64,000 nt of DNA from a virus. The notes beneath the pieces were generated by a model. That model made no database searches. It was not told the DNA's origin and saw only the letters and a program-made list of their open reading frames with translations. Position numbers and translations under genes: made by a program. The stretch is taken from IMG/VR virus record IMGVR_UViG_3300024319_000003, positions 64,001 through 128,000 of that record; one strand, given 5' to 3'. Shown here in pieces: positions 1 to 9,249 of the stretch; the first letter of the stretch is position 1, and every line of letters begins with the position of its first letter.

Positions 1-1
1 C

Positions 2-667
2 GGAAAAGTTTCACAAAAAGGTATATACGCTATATCGTTAGATAGAGCTAGATACAAAGAAAAGTTACTACCGGGTACATTTAACCTTACTTTAATTTCT
101 GGATCTTCTACTAGAGTGTTAACAGACAATAGCGGAATGATATCCACAGTAACATATACTGATGCAGGAAGAGAATACGAAATCATATCAGGATCTAACG
201 GTGTGAGTCACGATGGAGGAACAGGTATCCCAACAGCAGGATCTTACGGTAAGTTTTTACCAGATGTTGGATTAATAATACTAAATGCACAAGTGCTTGA
301 GTCTGAAATAGTTCCATTAGCAGTTCTAACAGGATCAAATGATAACAATGGAGCAAATAACGGTATACTTTTTGAAGCAATTAGAGCTGGTGGTTCTTTT
401 AAAATGAATGCGGAAGAAACGGTTTCTTCAAATTACATTTTCGTTAGAGTTAGAAACAGTGAATTTAACTATTCAAATAACCCTTCTAATATATCCGGCT
501 CAGGAGAACTTAGACATAACTCTATGATAAACAATCCTCAGTCATATATTACAACAGTAGGGTTATACAACGATACAAATGATTGTTTAGGAGTAGCAAA
601 ACTTTCTAAACCTTTATTAAAAGACTTTACAAAAGAAGCATTGGTTAGAATTAAACTTGATTATTAA
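2..667 (+). CDS. Baseplate/tail structural protein, 5'-truncated by the window
   Basis: The frame is open from base 2 (GKVSQKGIYAISLDRARYKEKLLPG...) into the listed ORF 116..667. Its C-terminus YITTVGLYND...GVAKLSKP...KLDY is paralogous to that of the next gene and resembles tail-collar/baseplate attachment domains. Confidence 0.55.
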   Translation, partial: GKVSQKGIYAISLDRARYKEKLLPGTFNLTLISGSSTRVLTDNSGMISTVTYTDAGREYEIISGSNGVSHDGGTGIPTAGSYGKFLPDVGLIILNAQVLESEIVPLAVLTGSNDNNGANNGILFEAIRAGGSFKMNAEETVSSNYIFVRVRNSEFNYSNNPSNISGSGELRHNSMINNPQSYITTVGLYNDTNDCLGVAKLSKPLLKDFTKEALVRIKLDY

Positions 668-670
668 TGA

Positions 671-1729
671 ATGAGCGGCTACAAGAAATTAAACAAACAG
701 GATTCATTTATAACATCCTATACAGCGCATAAACTATTTTTAGCATCTGGTTCACAACACGACGAACTTGGAGTTGAAACATATGTAGGTATATCAGGAT
801 CAACAGCTTTTAATATTACAGGAAGTAATAAGAGGTTAGTAGGTACCGACTATGAACATTACGAAGATTTAGTTTATAGAAGTATTAAACACCTATATTA
901 CTCTGGATTTGAAAATGCAGAACCTTCAACCAGTAGCTACGACATATCAGGATCTTCTGTAGAAAATTACTTACAAAGTAGCTATACTTCTCAACAAAGG
1001 AGAGACGAAGGACAATTTACCGTTATCTCTATACCGAGAAACCTTATAGGAACTAATATACAACCCAGCAGTATACTACTACAACCTGGAAACATACCCG
1101 ATTATGCTACGGATAATTACGCTACCGGATCAACACAGAGTAGTGACGCCCAAGGTTATTTTGAAGATAATGATGAAACCTACCAAGGAGGTGACAGTTC
1201 AAACGCTGCACTAGATCCTACAAAGTATAAAGGTACGTATCTAAATAGTACAGATACTGATTTAACATCTTCCGGATCAACATACAACATACCTTGGGGT
1301 GTAGAATTAATTGATGACGGGAATGGAAACATATTATTAAGCGGATCAGCAGGAGACTATAGAAGAGTAGTAGGAAATGTAATATATTCTCACGGATTAA
1401 TTATATTAACTAACCCGACTATAGCAGACTATTACTCTACTTACTTCTCTGGAAGTATAACATGGAGGGCATCGCACCCTATTTATACACATAACTACCA
1501 CTGTAATATAAAAGAGAATGAATTTAACTTTTCACAACATCCATCTGCAAAAAAAGACACATCCGGGTCAATAGCAGATAATGTTTCAGGAAGTGAATTT
1601 CAACCATATTTTACATCAGTAGGGCTATATAATGAGACAAATGAATTAATCGCCATTGCTAAAATGGCCAAACCTGTACCGGTTTCTGAGAATACAGAAA
1701 TGACGGTAGTAGTAAAACTAGATATATAA
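671..1729 (+). CDS. Baseplate/tail structural protein, paralogue of the upstream gene
   Basis: Same C-terminal block (YFTSVGLYNE...IAIAKMAKP...KLDI); S/T/G-rich; lies next to a tail-collar gene. Confidence 0.55.
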   Translation: MSGYKKLNKQDSFITSYTAHKLFLASGSQHDELGVETYVGISGSTAFNITGSNKRLVGTDYEHYEDLVYRSIKHLYYSGFENAEPSTSSYDISGSSVENYLQSSYTSQQRRDEGQFTVISIPRNLIGTNIQPSSILLQPGNIPDYATDNYATGSTQSSDAQGYFEDNDETYQGGDSSNAALDPTKYKGTYLNSTDTDLTSSGSTYNIPWGVELIDDGNGNILLSGSAGDYRRVVGNVIYSHGLIILTNPTIADYYSTYFSGSITWRASHPIYTHNYHCNIKENEFNFSQHPSAKKDTSGSIADNVSGSEFQPYFTSVGLYNETNELIAIAKMAKPVPVSENTEMTVVVKLDI

Positions 1730-1730
1730 C

Positions 1731-3452
1731 ATGGCTATAGTATTAAGAGCAGACAAAACAACAGCACTAACATACTCGGAGGTAGATAATAACTTTATCT
1801 CATTTTTTTATTCTGCATCAGTGAGTAGTAACCAAGAGTATTTAAACCTTCATTACACAGGAAGTAGTGGTTTAGGGGTTTCAGCAACACAGATACAAAT
1901 ACCATTGAATCCATACACTGGGTCAACCCCACCAGTAGGAGGTAACTCAAGCACAGTACAGTATAATAACGGTGGATCATTTGGTGGAGATGACGATTTT
2001 AGATGGAATGCAGGTACGAATACAATTCTACTAGGTGCAAATGCTCAACCAGAATCAGATAATAGACTATCAATAAGAGACGGAGGAATTAAAATTCAAA
2101 GAACTTCCGCAGCATCCGAACCAGAATTAACAATACAGTTTGATGATGGAGGTACAAACTACAGCAGCAGTTTTAAGTTAAATGAAACAGGAGACGGTAG
2201 TTTTAATATTACTAACCATCATTCAACACCAACAGCAACACCTCAATCTGCAGGTATACATTTTATAGTAAACAGATACAAAACAACCCCTGCTTTAAGT
2301 ATAAACGGAGATGGATCAATTAGTACAAGAAACGCTAATTCATCTCACGGTGATAATAACCTTTCCGGTTCATTGGTTGTGGATGGTAACAATAATAATA
2401 TAAATGCAAAGTTTAGAGTTGCATATGTTGATTCAAACAATACTACAGTTCCTTTTACTAGCGCAATGAATAACGTAGGTAACCAAAGAGGGTTTATGCT
2501 AGACGGACCAGATAAAGGACACGTAATAGTGGGACTTAAATCATTCGGTACTGCTACTACATCACAAACATTCTCAATACTATCAGGACCACCTACATCA
2601 TCTAACTTCGATGTAACTTACAACAAGTTAGTAGCAATGTTTAAAGGTAATGGACAGGTAGGGATAGGAACAGATGCAGTAGGAGGCGGTACGTATAAAC
2701 TAACAGTTGCAGGAGGAATATCAGGATCTTTTATAGATGTAACAGGAACCGCAACAATAGAAGACGATACAGAAATATCTGGATCTTTATATGTGAGTCA
2801 AAGTACTACACTGGATGATACACTTACTTTAAACAGTGTCGCAAATGCTACTAGTGCTACTAACTATAATTACTTAGTTAGAGAGTCAAACGGTGCAGTA
2901 ACTAAACAAGTAAATGCAGCACCAATACCTCAAGGAGGAATTATAATGTGGTCTGGAGTAGTTCAGACACTTCCTTCAGGATGGGCTTTATGTAATGGAC
3001 AAACTCAAAACTCAATAACAACACCGGATTTAAGGAATAAGTTTGTTATAGGGTCTAATAATACAACAGGTACACCAACCACAACAGTACAAGGCAGCGG
3101 AGCTCAATCTACAGGAGGAAGCATAACTCATAATCACGGAGGAAGCACAGGAGATACAACACTGACAACAAATCAAATACCTTCTCACAAACATGATTAT
3201 AAAGATTCATACTATATTGAGATAAATGACCCAGGAGTAGGTCAACATAAAGCAATATCAGGAGTAGACGGACCGATAGCCGGAGGACCTTATAAAGGAA
3301 GTGGAGATAGCGATAATGATAATCAGTACGTATACTATAGAAACGGAGTATCATACTACACCGGTGGTGCAGGAAGTCATAACCACAGTATTACAACCGA
3401 TAGTAACATACCTCCTTACTTTGCTTTAGCATATATTATGTATACTGGATAG
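1731..3452 (+). CDS. Tail fibre with phage tail-collar domain (short-tail-fibre-like)
   Basis: Collar motif IPQGGIIMWSG...LPSGWALCNG...TPDLRNKFVIG, HxH motifs (HNH, HKH, HNH), C-terminal IPPYFALAYIM, one VGIGT motif. Confidence 0.8.
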   Translation: MAIVLRADKTTALTYSEVDNNFISFFYSASVSSNQEYLNLHYTGSSGLGVSATQIQIPLNPYTGSTPPVGGNSSTVQYNNGGSFGGDDDFRWNAGTNTILLGANAQPESDNRLSIRDGGIKIQRTSAASEPELTIQFDDGGTNYSSSFKLNETGDGSFNITNHHSTPTATPQSAGIHFIVNRYKTTPALSINGDGSISTRNANSSHGDNNLSGSLVVDGNNNNINAKFRVAYVDSNNTTVPFTSAMNNVGNQRGFMLDGPDKGHVIVGLKSFGTATTSQTFSILSGPPTSSNFDVTYNKLVAMFKGNGQVGIGTDAVGGGTYKLTVAGGISGSFIDVTGTATIEDDTEISGSLYVSQSTTLDDTLTLNSVANATSATNYNYLVRESNGAVTKQVNAAPIPQGGIIMWSGVVQTLPSGWALCNGQTQNSITTPDLRNKFVIGSNNTTGTPTTTVQGSGAQSTGGSITHNHGGSTGDTTLTTNQIPSHKHDYKDSYYIEINDPGVGQHKAISGVDGPIAGGPYKGSGDSDNDNQYVYYRNGVSYYTGGAGSHNHSITTDSNIPPYFALAYIMYTG

Positions 3453-3483
3453 TTGTAATTCTGTAAAATTATTCTTATATTTA
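3451..3483 (+). promoter_or_regulatory. Putative host-sigma-type (early/middle) promoter AGTTG-N16-TTCKTATATT, copy 1
   Basis: Same spacing in three copies, each directly upstream of a nucleic-acid metabolism gene. Confidence 0.65.
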
Positions 3484-3487
3484 ACAA

Positions 3488-3967
3488 ATGGTAACAACCC
3501 CAGGCTGGACATACAATTCAAAACTCATTACTGACATAAGCGAAATGCCAACAGGCTCTTATGGGTTTATTTACGAAACATTTCATAAACCTTCGGGTAA
3601 AAAGTACTTAGGTAAAAAAGTTCTATTCTTTGAACGTAATAAAAGACTAGGGAAGAGAGCTTTAGAGGCCTTAAGAGAAGAAAGAAAAGCAAAAGGAATT
3701 GGAGGAAGAACACCGTTAAAACAAAAAATAATAACAGAATCAGATTGGAAGACTTATTACGGATCACATAAAGATATTTTAAAGTACGTTAAAGAAGGTT
3801 CCCCAATGGACTTTGAAAGACGTATACTATGTTTTGTACCCAATAAGAAGTTACTTACATACTATGAATGTAAATACCTATTTATAAACGAAGTACTGGA
3901 GAACCAGGATGCATATATTAATGATAATATCCTAGGAAAATTCTACAGAAAAGACTTTACATTATGA
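3488..3967 (+). CDS. GIY-YIG-like nuclease conserved in T4-like phages
   Basis: YGFIY...KKYLGKK, ESDWKTYYGS, a conserved Glu (YYE) and Asn (YINDNI). Confidence 0.6.
   Translation: MVTTPGWTYNSKLITDISEMPTGSYGFIYETFHKPSGKKYLGKKVLFFERNKRLGKRALEALREERKAKGIGGRTPLKQKIITESDWKTYYGSHKDILKYVKEGSPMDFERRILCFVPNKKLLTYYECKYLFINEVLENQDAYINDNILGKFYRKDFTL
3879..3886 (+). promoter_or_regulatory. Putative late promoter TATTTATA at the 3' end of the nuclease gene, ahead of ORF 3964
   Basis: Matches the recurrent intergenic motif. Confidence 0.4.
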
Positions 3968-4380
3968 AATTAAGAGATATTCTACTTAAAGAGGGTAATG
4001 AATCGTGCCCTGCTGCAACTCAAGATTTAATATTAAACACAAAAAATAGAGACTCAGCAATAAAAGCACCCCATATTCAATACGGTCCGTTAAATGTAAA
4101 CGAACCTGGTAATTACTGGAAAGAAATAGCAAAGTACTGGAATACAGAAGAAAAAGCAGCAAAAGGTACTAACTGTAGTAACTGCGTCGCTTTTGATATC
4201 TCCAAGAGGATGGATGAATGTATGCCTGGAGTTACATCTGATGAGGATGGAAGACTAGGTTACTGTTGGATGCATCATTTTAAATGTCATTCCGCAAGAA
4301 GCTGTAGAACTTGGGCTAAAGGAGGTCCAATTGAAAAAGATTCAATATCACAAGAGTGGCAAGAAAGAAATAAAAAGTAA
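3964..4380 (+). CDS. Cys-rich protein with MKL..ILLKE leader and HiPIP-like Cys spacing
   Basis: CSNCVAF...GYC-x12-CRTW. Confidence 0.45.
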   Translation: MKLRDILLKEGNESCPAATQDLILNTKNRDSAIKAPHIQYGPLNVNEPGNYWKEIAKYWNTEEKAAKGTNCSNCVAFDISKRMDECMPGVTSDEDGRLGYCWMHHFKCHSARSCRTWAKGGPIEKDSISQEWQERNKK

Positions 4381-4386
4381 TATAAT

Positions 4387-5556
4387 ATGATTAGATTAAC
4401 TGAAATAATAGGAAAACCATCACTTAAGTACCATATAGATAACAGTCTCTCTTTATATGAGAATGTCTACCGTTATTCTAGCGATAGCTTTATACAATTA
4501 TTTGCTGAAGCAAGAGACGCTTATAGAGACGGTAAAATTCAACTTAACGAAGAAGATTTAAAGTTAATAGAAACAACAGATATAGGGCTATATGGAGTAT
4601 ATGAAGGAATAAAAGTACCATTAGATTTACCTATGTTAGAAGAATCTAAATATGATAAGGAAGAAACTATTCAACAAACAATTGATAGATTAAAAGCGAG
4701 AATAGCCGACCCAAATGATGGAGGGAATGTGCCTTTTTTAACCCAAAAAATAAAAGATTTAGAAAAATCATTAGATGAATCATTTTCTCAAAAAGATTGG
4801 GATGTAAAATGGAAGTTGCCTAAAGACAATTTATTTAATGCAACTAAAACTATAAATGCAACTAATAATAGGTACAAAGCTATACGATCCTTACTAAAGG
4901 CAAAACCTACAGAATTAAAAGCCTTTGATGACACCGATAATCACCCAGCATACGATATGTCTTATGATGAGTTAATGAAATGGTTTAAAAACCTAAAAGA
5001 ACCAGTTAAAGAAGCTAAATCTATACCTGAGTATATTGTAACTAAAGACGATCACCGTAAATCAAAATTCCCTTTCCATAAACTAAGAAACAGTGAATTT
5101 AAAATTAAAATAGCTGGACAAGGTAGAGATCAGGACTACATGATTTTTTGGAAAGAAGGAGACATAGGATACTGGGAATGGGAAGCAGGTAATATGAAAA
5201 GACAGTTAAGAAGCGCTTTGCTGGCCATAGCTAAAAGAAAACTACCTATAAAAGGTCAATTAGATGAAGCAGAATACAAAGGTAAAGATGTACCTCTAAA
5301 TAAACCAAAACGTGGAGGTTCTAAAAAATTCTACGTATACACAAAGAATAAAAAAGGGAATGTTGTAAAAGTATCTTTCGGAGGTACAACAGGTTTAAAT
5401 GTTAAGATAGATGAACCTGGAGCAAGATCATCATTTGCTGCACGTCATAAATGTGCAACTAAAAAAGACAAAACAAAACCAGGATACTGGGCTTGTAATA
5501 TTGGACGTTATTGGAAATCATTAGGTGGAAAAAGAAACTTCTCAGGATATTGGTAG
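4387..5556 (+). CDS. Mosaic hypothetical protein with a basic C-terminal module common in large phages
   Basis: Modules separated by LEE/LDE/VKE/LDE; C-terminal AEYKGKDVPLNKP...SFAARHKC...GYWAC. Confidence 0.5.
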   Translation: MIRLTEIIGKPSLKYHIDNSLSLYENVYRYSSDSFIQLFAEARDAYRDGKIQLNEEDLKLIETTDIGLYGVYEGIKVPLDLPMLEESKYDKEETIQQTIDRLKARIADPNDGGNVPFLTQKIKDLEKSLDESFSQKDWDVKWKLPKDNLFNATKTINATNNRYKAIRSLLKAKPTELKAFDDTDNHPAYDMSYDELMKWFKNLKEPVKEAKSIPEYIVTKDDHRKSKFPFHKLRNSEFKIKIAGQGRDQDYMIFWKEGDIGYWEWEAGNMKRQLRSALLAIAKRKLPIKGQLDEAEYKGKDVPLNKPKRGGSKKFYVYTKNKKGNVVKVSFGGTTGLNVKIDEPGARSSFAARHKCATKKDKTKPGYWACNIGRYWKSLGGKRNFSGYW

Positions 5557-5800
5557 ACCGTACTTAGATGACGGTGATATTAGATTCTTCAATCAAAACA
5601 CAGATGAAGATGAATTTGTTTGGCACAAAGACCGAGAGGATCGGTATGTTGTAGCAATGCATAAAACAGACTGGCAATTTCAATTTGATAATAACCTTCC
5701 CGTTTCTTTAGATGATAACAAGCTATTTATACCAAAGGAAGTGTACCACCGGCTAATAAAAGGCACAGGAGACTTAACCCTTAAAATAGAACGCAAATGA
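5525..5800 (+). CDS. Small cupin-fold protein (start uncertain)
   Basis: WHKDREDR...WQFQFD...FIPKEVYHRLIKG cupin-like motifs; GTG start inside the upstream gene. Confidence 0.55.
   Translation: MEKETSQDIGRPYLDDGDIRFFNQNTDEDEFVWHKDREDRYVVAMHKTDWQFQFDNNLPVSLDDNKLFIPKEVYHRLIKGTGDLTLKIERK
5724..5731 (+). promoter_or_regulatory. Putative late promoter TATTTATA ahead of ORF 5797
   Basis: CTATTTATA about 65 nt upstream of a leader-bearing ORF. Confidence 0.35.
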
Positions 5801-6228
5801 AATTAACTAATATCATATTCGAAGGCTTTAGAGAAGACGCTTCAACTATAAACGGAAAAAAATACTCTGTTAACTGGCTAGGCACAGCTGATACTTTAGA
5901 AGATTTTAAAAAAGCAATAGATAGAATGCCTAGTACTATAAAATCTATAAGTATACCTACTAATACAACCATCTTTAAGACCAGCAAAGATACACAAACA
6001 ATTAAACCGGAAGGTTCTTGGAAAAGTGATGTTATCACAACAGTCGGTAAAGTAGTAAAAGCCCATATGGATAAAGGAGATGATTTAGAAGGTATAAGAA
6101 TTAACTCCTATTACGGAACTGGTCCTAAAGGATCTGACGACCATCCAATTTACATAAGTGTACTTACAAAACAAGCTCGTAAATTTGGAGATGATATGCA
6201 TTCCGGTAAACATGGTTCATTAGATTAA
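5797..6228 (+). CDS. Hypothetical protein with MKLTNIIFE leader
   Basis: ORF coupled by an ATGA overlap; leader motif. Confidence 0.55.
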   Translation: MKLTNIIFEGFREDASTINGKKYSVNWLGTADTLEDFKKAIDRMPSTIKSISIPTNTTIFKTSKDTQTIKPEGSWKSDVITTVGKVVKAHMDKGDDLEGIRINSYYGTGPKGSDDHPIYISVLTKQARKFGDDMHSGKHGSLD

Positions 6229-6233
6229 AAGAT

Positions 6234-6662
6234 ATGAGACTATCACACGTAATATTAGGAGAGATTCTTTACTACGATCCCGGGTTTGAAAAAGAAGTAG
6301 AGAAAGTAAAAGAACTTGGAGGGAAGTATCTAGGCTCAGGAGATTACGGCTCTGCATATCTTCTAAACGGTAGAGTTTATAAAGTAACAACTGATTCAAT
6401 AGAGTTAGAACATGCACATATACTTAAAGGTAAAAAAACAAATAACTTTGCTTTTATATACGATGTAGAAGAGATTAATGAAAAGTTAGGAATAATTCAA
6501 ATGGAAGTGCTAGGAGAATTTAAAGGAGATATTCCTGAAGAATGGATTGAAGCAACTGAAGCTGAAGCACAAAGGATGGGACTCGACCCAGAAGAACTAG
6601 ATATAAGACCATCAAATGTAATGGTAAATCAAAAAAATAAACTGAAATTAGTTGATATTTAG
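6234..6662 (+). CDS. Minimal protein-kinase-like protein with leader
   Basis: Gly loop LGSGDYG, VYK lysine, hinge QME, catalytic DIRPSNVM, terminal KLVDI at the DFG position. Confidence 0.7.
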   Translation: MRLSHVILGEILYYDPGFEKEVEKVKELGGKYLGSGDYGSAYLLNGRVYKVTTDSIELEHAHILKGKKTNNFAFIYDVEEINEKLGIIQMEVLGEFKGDIPEEWIEATEAEAQRMGLDPEELDIRPSNVMVNQKNKLKLVDI

Positions 6663-6681
6663 AATTATTTTTCTTATATTA
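6650..6681 (+). promoter_or_regulatory. Putative early/middle promoter AGTTG-N16-TTCTTATATT, copy 2
   Basis: Same spacing as 3451 and 11532; upstream of the primase gene. Confidence 0.65.
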
Positions 6682-6706
6682 TAAGATAATAGTTACGGAC
6701 AACTAC

Positions 6707-7630
6707 ATGGAATATTCTTTTTTATTAGGTTCTATTGAAAACCTCTTGGGTAAATCTCATAAGAGAGCTAGAGGAAACCACGCTTTTCACTGTCCATTTT
6801 GCAACCATAGAAAACCCAAGTTAGAGATAAACATGGAAACTAACGAGGAGGGACATAACCCTTGGGAGTGCTGGGTATGTCAGACAAGAGGCCGTACTAT
6901 ACGCTCATTACTAAAACAGCTAAGAACACCAAAGGAAGAAGCAGCATTAGTTCTAAAGTACCTACCTAAAGGTTCAAATATAGAATATAAACAGCTATCT
7001 ATAGTAGAGCTACCAAAAGAGTATCAACTACTATATAAAGCATCAAACACATCAGTTGTAGCTAATATAGTTAAAAACTACCTATATGAACGAGGACTTA
7101 CCGACAATGATTTTATTAAATATAGTATTGGATACTGCACAACTGGTGAGTATGGAGGACGAGTTATTTTGCCAAGTTATACTGAGTCCAATAGGCTCAA
7201 CTATTTTGTTGGAAGAAGCTATGATGGAAACTTCTTTAAATACAAAAATCCTGAAGTTTCTAAAGACATAATATTTTACGAAAACCTTATTAACTGGAAT
7301 GCTCCAATCATACTATGTGAAGGAGTGTTTGATGCAATGGCAATTAAAAGAAACGCCATACCGCTTCTTGGTAAAAGTGTATCAACTGAACTATATAAAA
7401 AAATAATAACAAGCCGTCTTACAGACATATATATCGCATTAGACGAAGATGCTCAAGACGCAGCTTTAAAAATAGCTGAAAAATTTATAGCAGCAGGATT
7501 TAAAGTTTATTTAATAGAGCTAAAAGGTAAAGACCCATCACAGTTAGGGTTTAAAAACTTTACTAAATTAGTACAGAACGCAGCAGAACTAGACTTTTCT
7601 AAAATAATGCTGCAAAAATTAAACCTATGA
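6707..7630 (+). CDS. DNA primase (Zn finger + TOPRIM)
   Basis: CPFC...CWVC zinc finger; CEGVFDA and LDED TOPRIM motifs; KDPS. Confidence 0.88.
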   Translation: MEYSFLLGSIENLLGKSHKRARGNHAFHCPFCNHRKPKLEINMETNEEGHNPWECWVCQTRGRTIRSLLKQLRTPKEEAALVLKYLPKGSNIEYKQLSIVELPKEYQLLYKASNTSVVANIVKNYLYERGLTDNDFIKYSIGYCTTGEYGGRVILPSYTESNRLNYFVGRSYDGNFFKYKNPEVSKDIIFYENLINWNAPIILCEGVFDAMAIKRNAIPLLGKSVSTELYKKIITSRLTDIYIALDEDAQDAALKIAEKFIAAGFKVYLIELKGKDPSQLGFKNFTKLVQNAAELDFSKIMLQKLNL

Positions 7631-8409
7631 TAAAGCAAGGAATGAATATTCTTGAACAGAATGAAAAGAAAAGATTAGATTTTAATCCCCAACTAAAGCA
7701 GATTAATTTCTTAGATAGAAGAGTTTATAAGAGAGGCGAAGGAGTATATTACCCGTCCGTAACAACCATACTTCAGTATATGCCCAAAAACAAATTTTTT
7801 GAGTCTTGGCTCAAGGATGTTGGGCATAACGCCGATCTTATTATGAGACGAGCAGGAAAACAAGGAACACAGGTACATGAAGCATGTGAACAATTAGTTC
7901 TAGGTAAAGAAGTTACCTGGATGGATGATTACGGCAATGCAAAATACTCTCAAATAGTTTGGGAAATGATATTAAAGTTTGCTGATTTCTGGAGAACACA
8001 TAAGCCGGAATTAATATCTGCTGAAGATTTTGTATGGTCAGATGAACACAAATATGCAGGAACAGCAGACTTGGTAGTAAAGATGCACGGAGAAATATGG
8101 CTACTGGATATTAAAACATCCAATTCAGTCCACAAGTCTTTTGATTTACAGCTTTCAGCTTATGCAAAAGGTTTAGAAGAAGCAAAAGGAATAAAAATAC
8201 AACGTACAGGGATAATATGGTTAAAAGCTCATTCTAGAGGTCCATCAAAACAGAAAAACGTAATACAAGGTAAAGGGTGGAAAGTATTACAAATAGATGA
8301 AATAGAGGAAAATTTTGAATTGTTTAAAATGATATATAAACTATATTCATTAGAGAACCCTAATACAGAACCTATTTATAATAGTTACCCTACAACTCTA
8401 AAATTATAA
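7627..8409 (+). CDS. PD-(D/E)XK exonuclease (phage exonuclease/Cas4-like fold)
   Basis: YPSVTTIL, GTQVH, YAGTADL, LLDIKTS, QLSAY. Confidence 0.8.
   Translation: MIKQGMNILEQNEKKRLDFNPQLKQINFLDRRVYKRGEGVYYPSVTTILQYMPKNKFFESWLKDVGHNADLIMRRAGKQGTQVHEACEQLVLGKEVTWMDDYGNAKYSQIVWEMILKFADFWRTHKPELISAEDFVWSDEHKYAGTADLVVKMHGEIWLLDIKTSNSVHKSFDLQLSAYAKGLEEAKGIKIQRTGIIWLKAHSRGPSKQKNVIQGKGWKVLQIDEIEENFELFKMIYKLYSLENPNTEPIYNSYPTTLKL
8373..8380 (+). promoter_or_regulatory. Putative late promoter TATTTATA ahead of ORF 8413
   Basis: CTATTTATA about 32 nt before the start, at the end of the exonuclease gene. Confidence 0.45.
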
Positions 8410-8412
8410 TGT

Positions 8413-9249
8413 ATGAAAAAGTTATTATTTTTACTAGTATTATTAACAGGATGCTCTTCTTTACAGGTAAGCACCTTAAATCACGATCCTAACTATAGCA
8501 TACAAGGATCAGATGCAGAAATAATAGTAATAGATAATGAGTTTGAACTTCAACGACTATTAAGAACAGATTTTAATTTTAGATTTGACTTTGCTCAATA
8601 TGCGTTAAGTCAACCCATATCATTTGATTGGAATAATCGTATTCTAGGTAACAGGTACAATAGGTATAATCCATACTACGGGTTAGGTTATAGTCCCTAT
8701 TGGAACAGAACTCAAATGTGGAACGATTGGGCATGGGGTATCACACCTCATAGATGGTCACCATTTGGATACGACAGATGGGGGTATAATAACTACGGTT
8801 GGAATAACTACTACGGATGGCACAATTGGAACTATTATCCTAATTATAATAGAGGATGGAATGCAACATACATGTACGGTAGAAGAAGTGTTAATATAGT
8901 TCCTTCAGGTAGAAGATTAAGACAAACTACAAGAAGAACTCAAACAGTAGACGAGATTGCAGATATAATTAAACTAGAAGTAAGAAACCGAAGAACAAAT
9001 AACACGACAGATGATAAAATTATCAACACTAATACTAGAGGACAGATCCGCACCCAAAGCAATAATAATGGCGGGAGGAGCAGGATCAGGGAAAACGTAC
9101 CTACTCAACCAATTAGGACTAGACAGCCTAGTACAATTCAACCCAGACAAGTACGTGGAGGACAAAGACCACCCGTATTACAACAAACTAGGACCAGCAG
9201 CCAATCAAACGTCCAAAGACGCAATGGCAGCAGCAGAAGAAAAAACTAG
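8413..9249 (+). CDS. Putative lipoprotein with Y/W/N/G-rich middle and R/Q-rich tail
   Basis: Signal peptide II/lipobox MKKLLFLLVLLTGC; aromatic-rich low-complexity region; overlaps the next gene by 239 nt. Confidence 0.6.
   Translation: MKKLLFLLVLLTGCSSLQVSTLNHDPNYSIQGSDAEIIVIDNEFELQRLLRTDFNFRFDFAQYALSQPISFDWNNRILGNRYNRYNPYYGLGYSPYWNRTQMWNDWAWGITPHRWSPFGYDRWGYNNYGWNNYYGWHNWNYYPNYNRGWNATYMYGRRSVNIVPSGRRLRQTTRRTQTVDEIADIIKLEVRNRRTNNTTDDKIINTNTRGQIRTQSNNNGGRSRIRENVPTQPIRTRQPSTIQPRQVRGGQRPPVLQQTRTSSQSNVQRRNGSSRRKN

Noticed and set aside
1480-1487. TATTTATA inside ORF 671
   Set aside because: About 245 nt from the next start and within coding sequence; could be chance in AT-rich DNA.
7086-7271. 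Short + strand ORF inside the primase gene
   Set aside because: Alternate frame within a conserved gene, with no motif or initiation signal.
7627-8409. Cas4-like nuclease as evidence of a CRISPR system
   Set aside because: No repeat-spacer array, no other cas genes and no Fe-S Cys cluster. It reads as a standard phage exonuclease coupled to primase.
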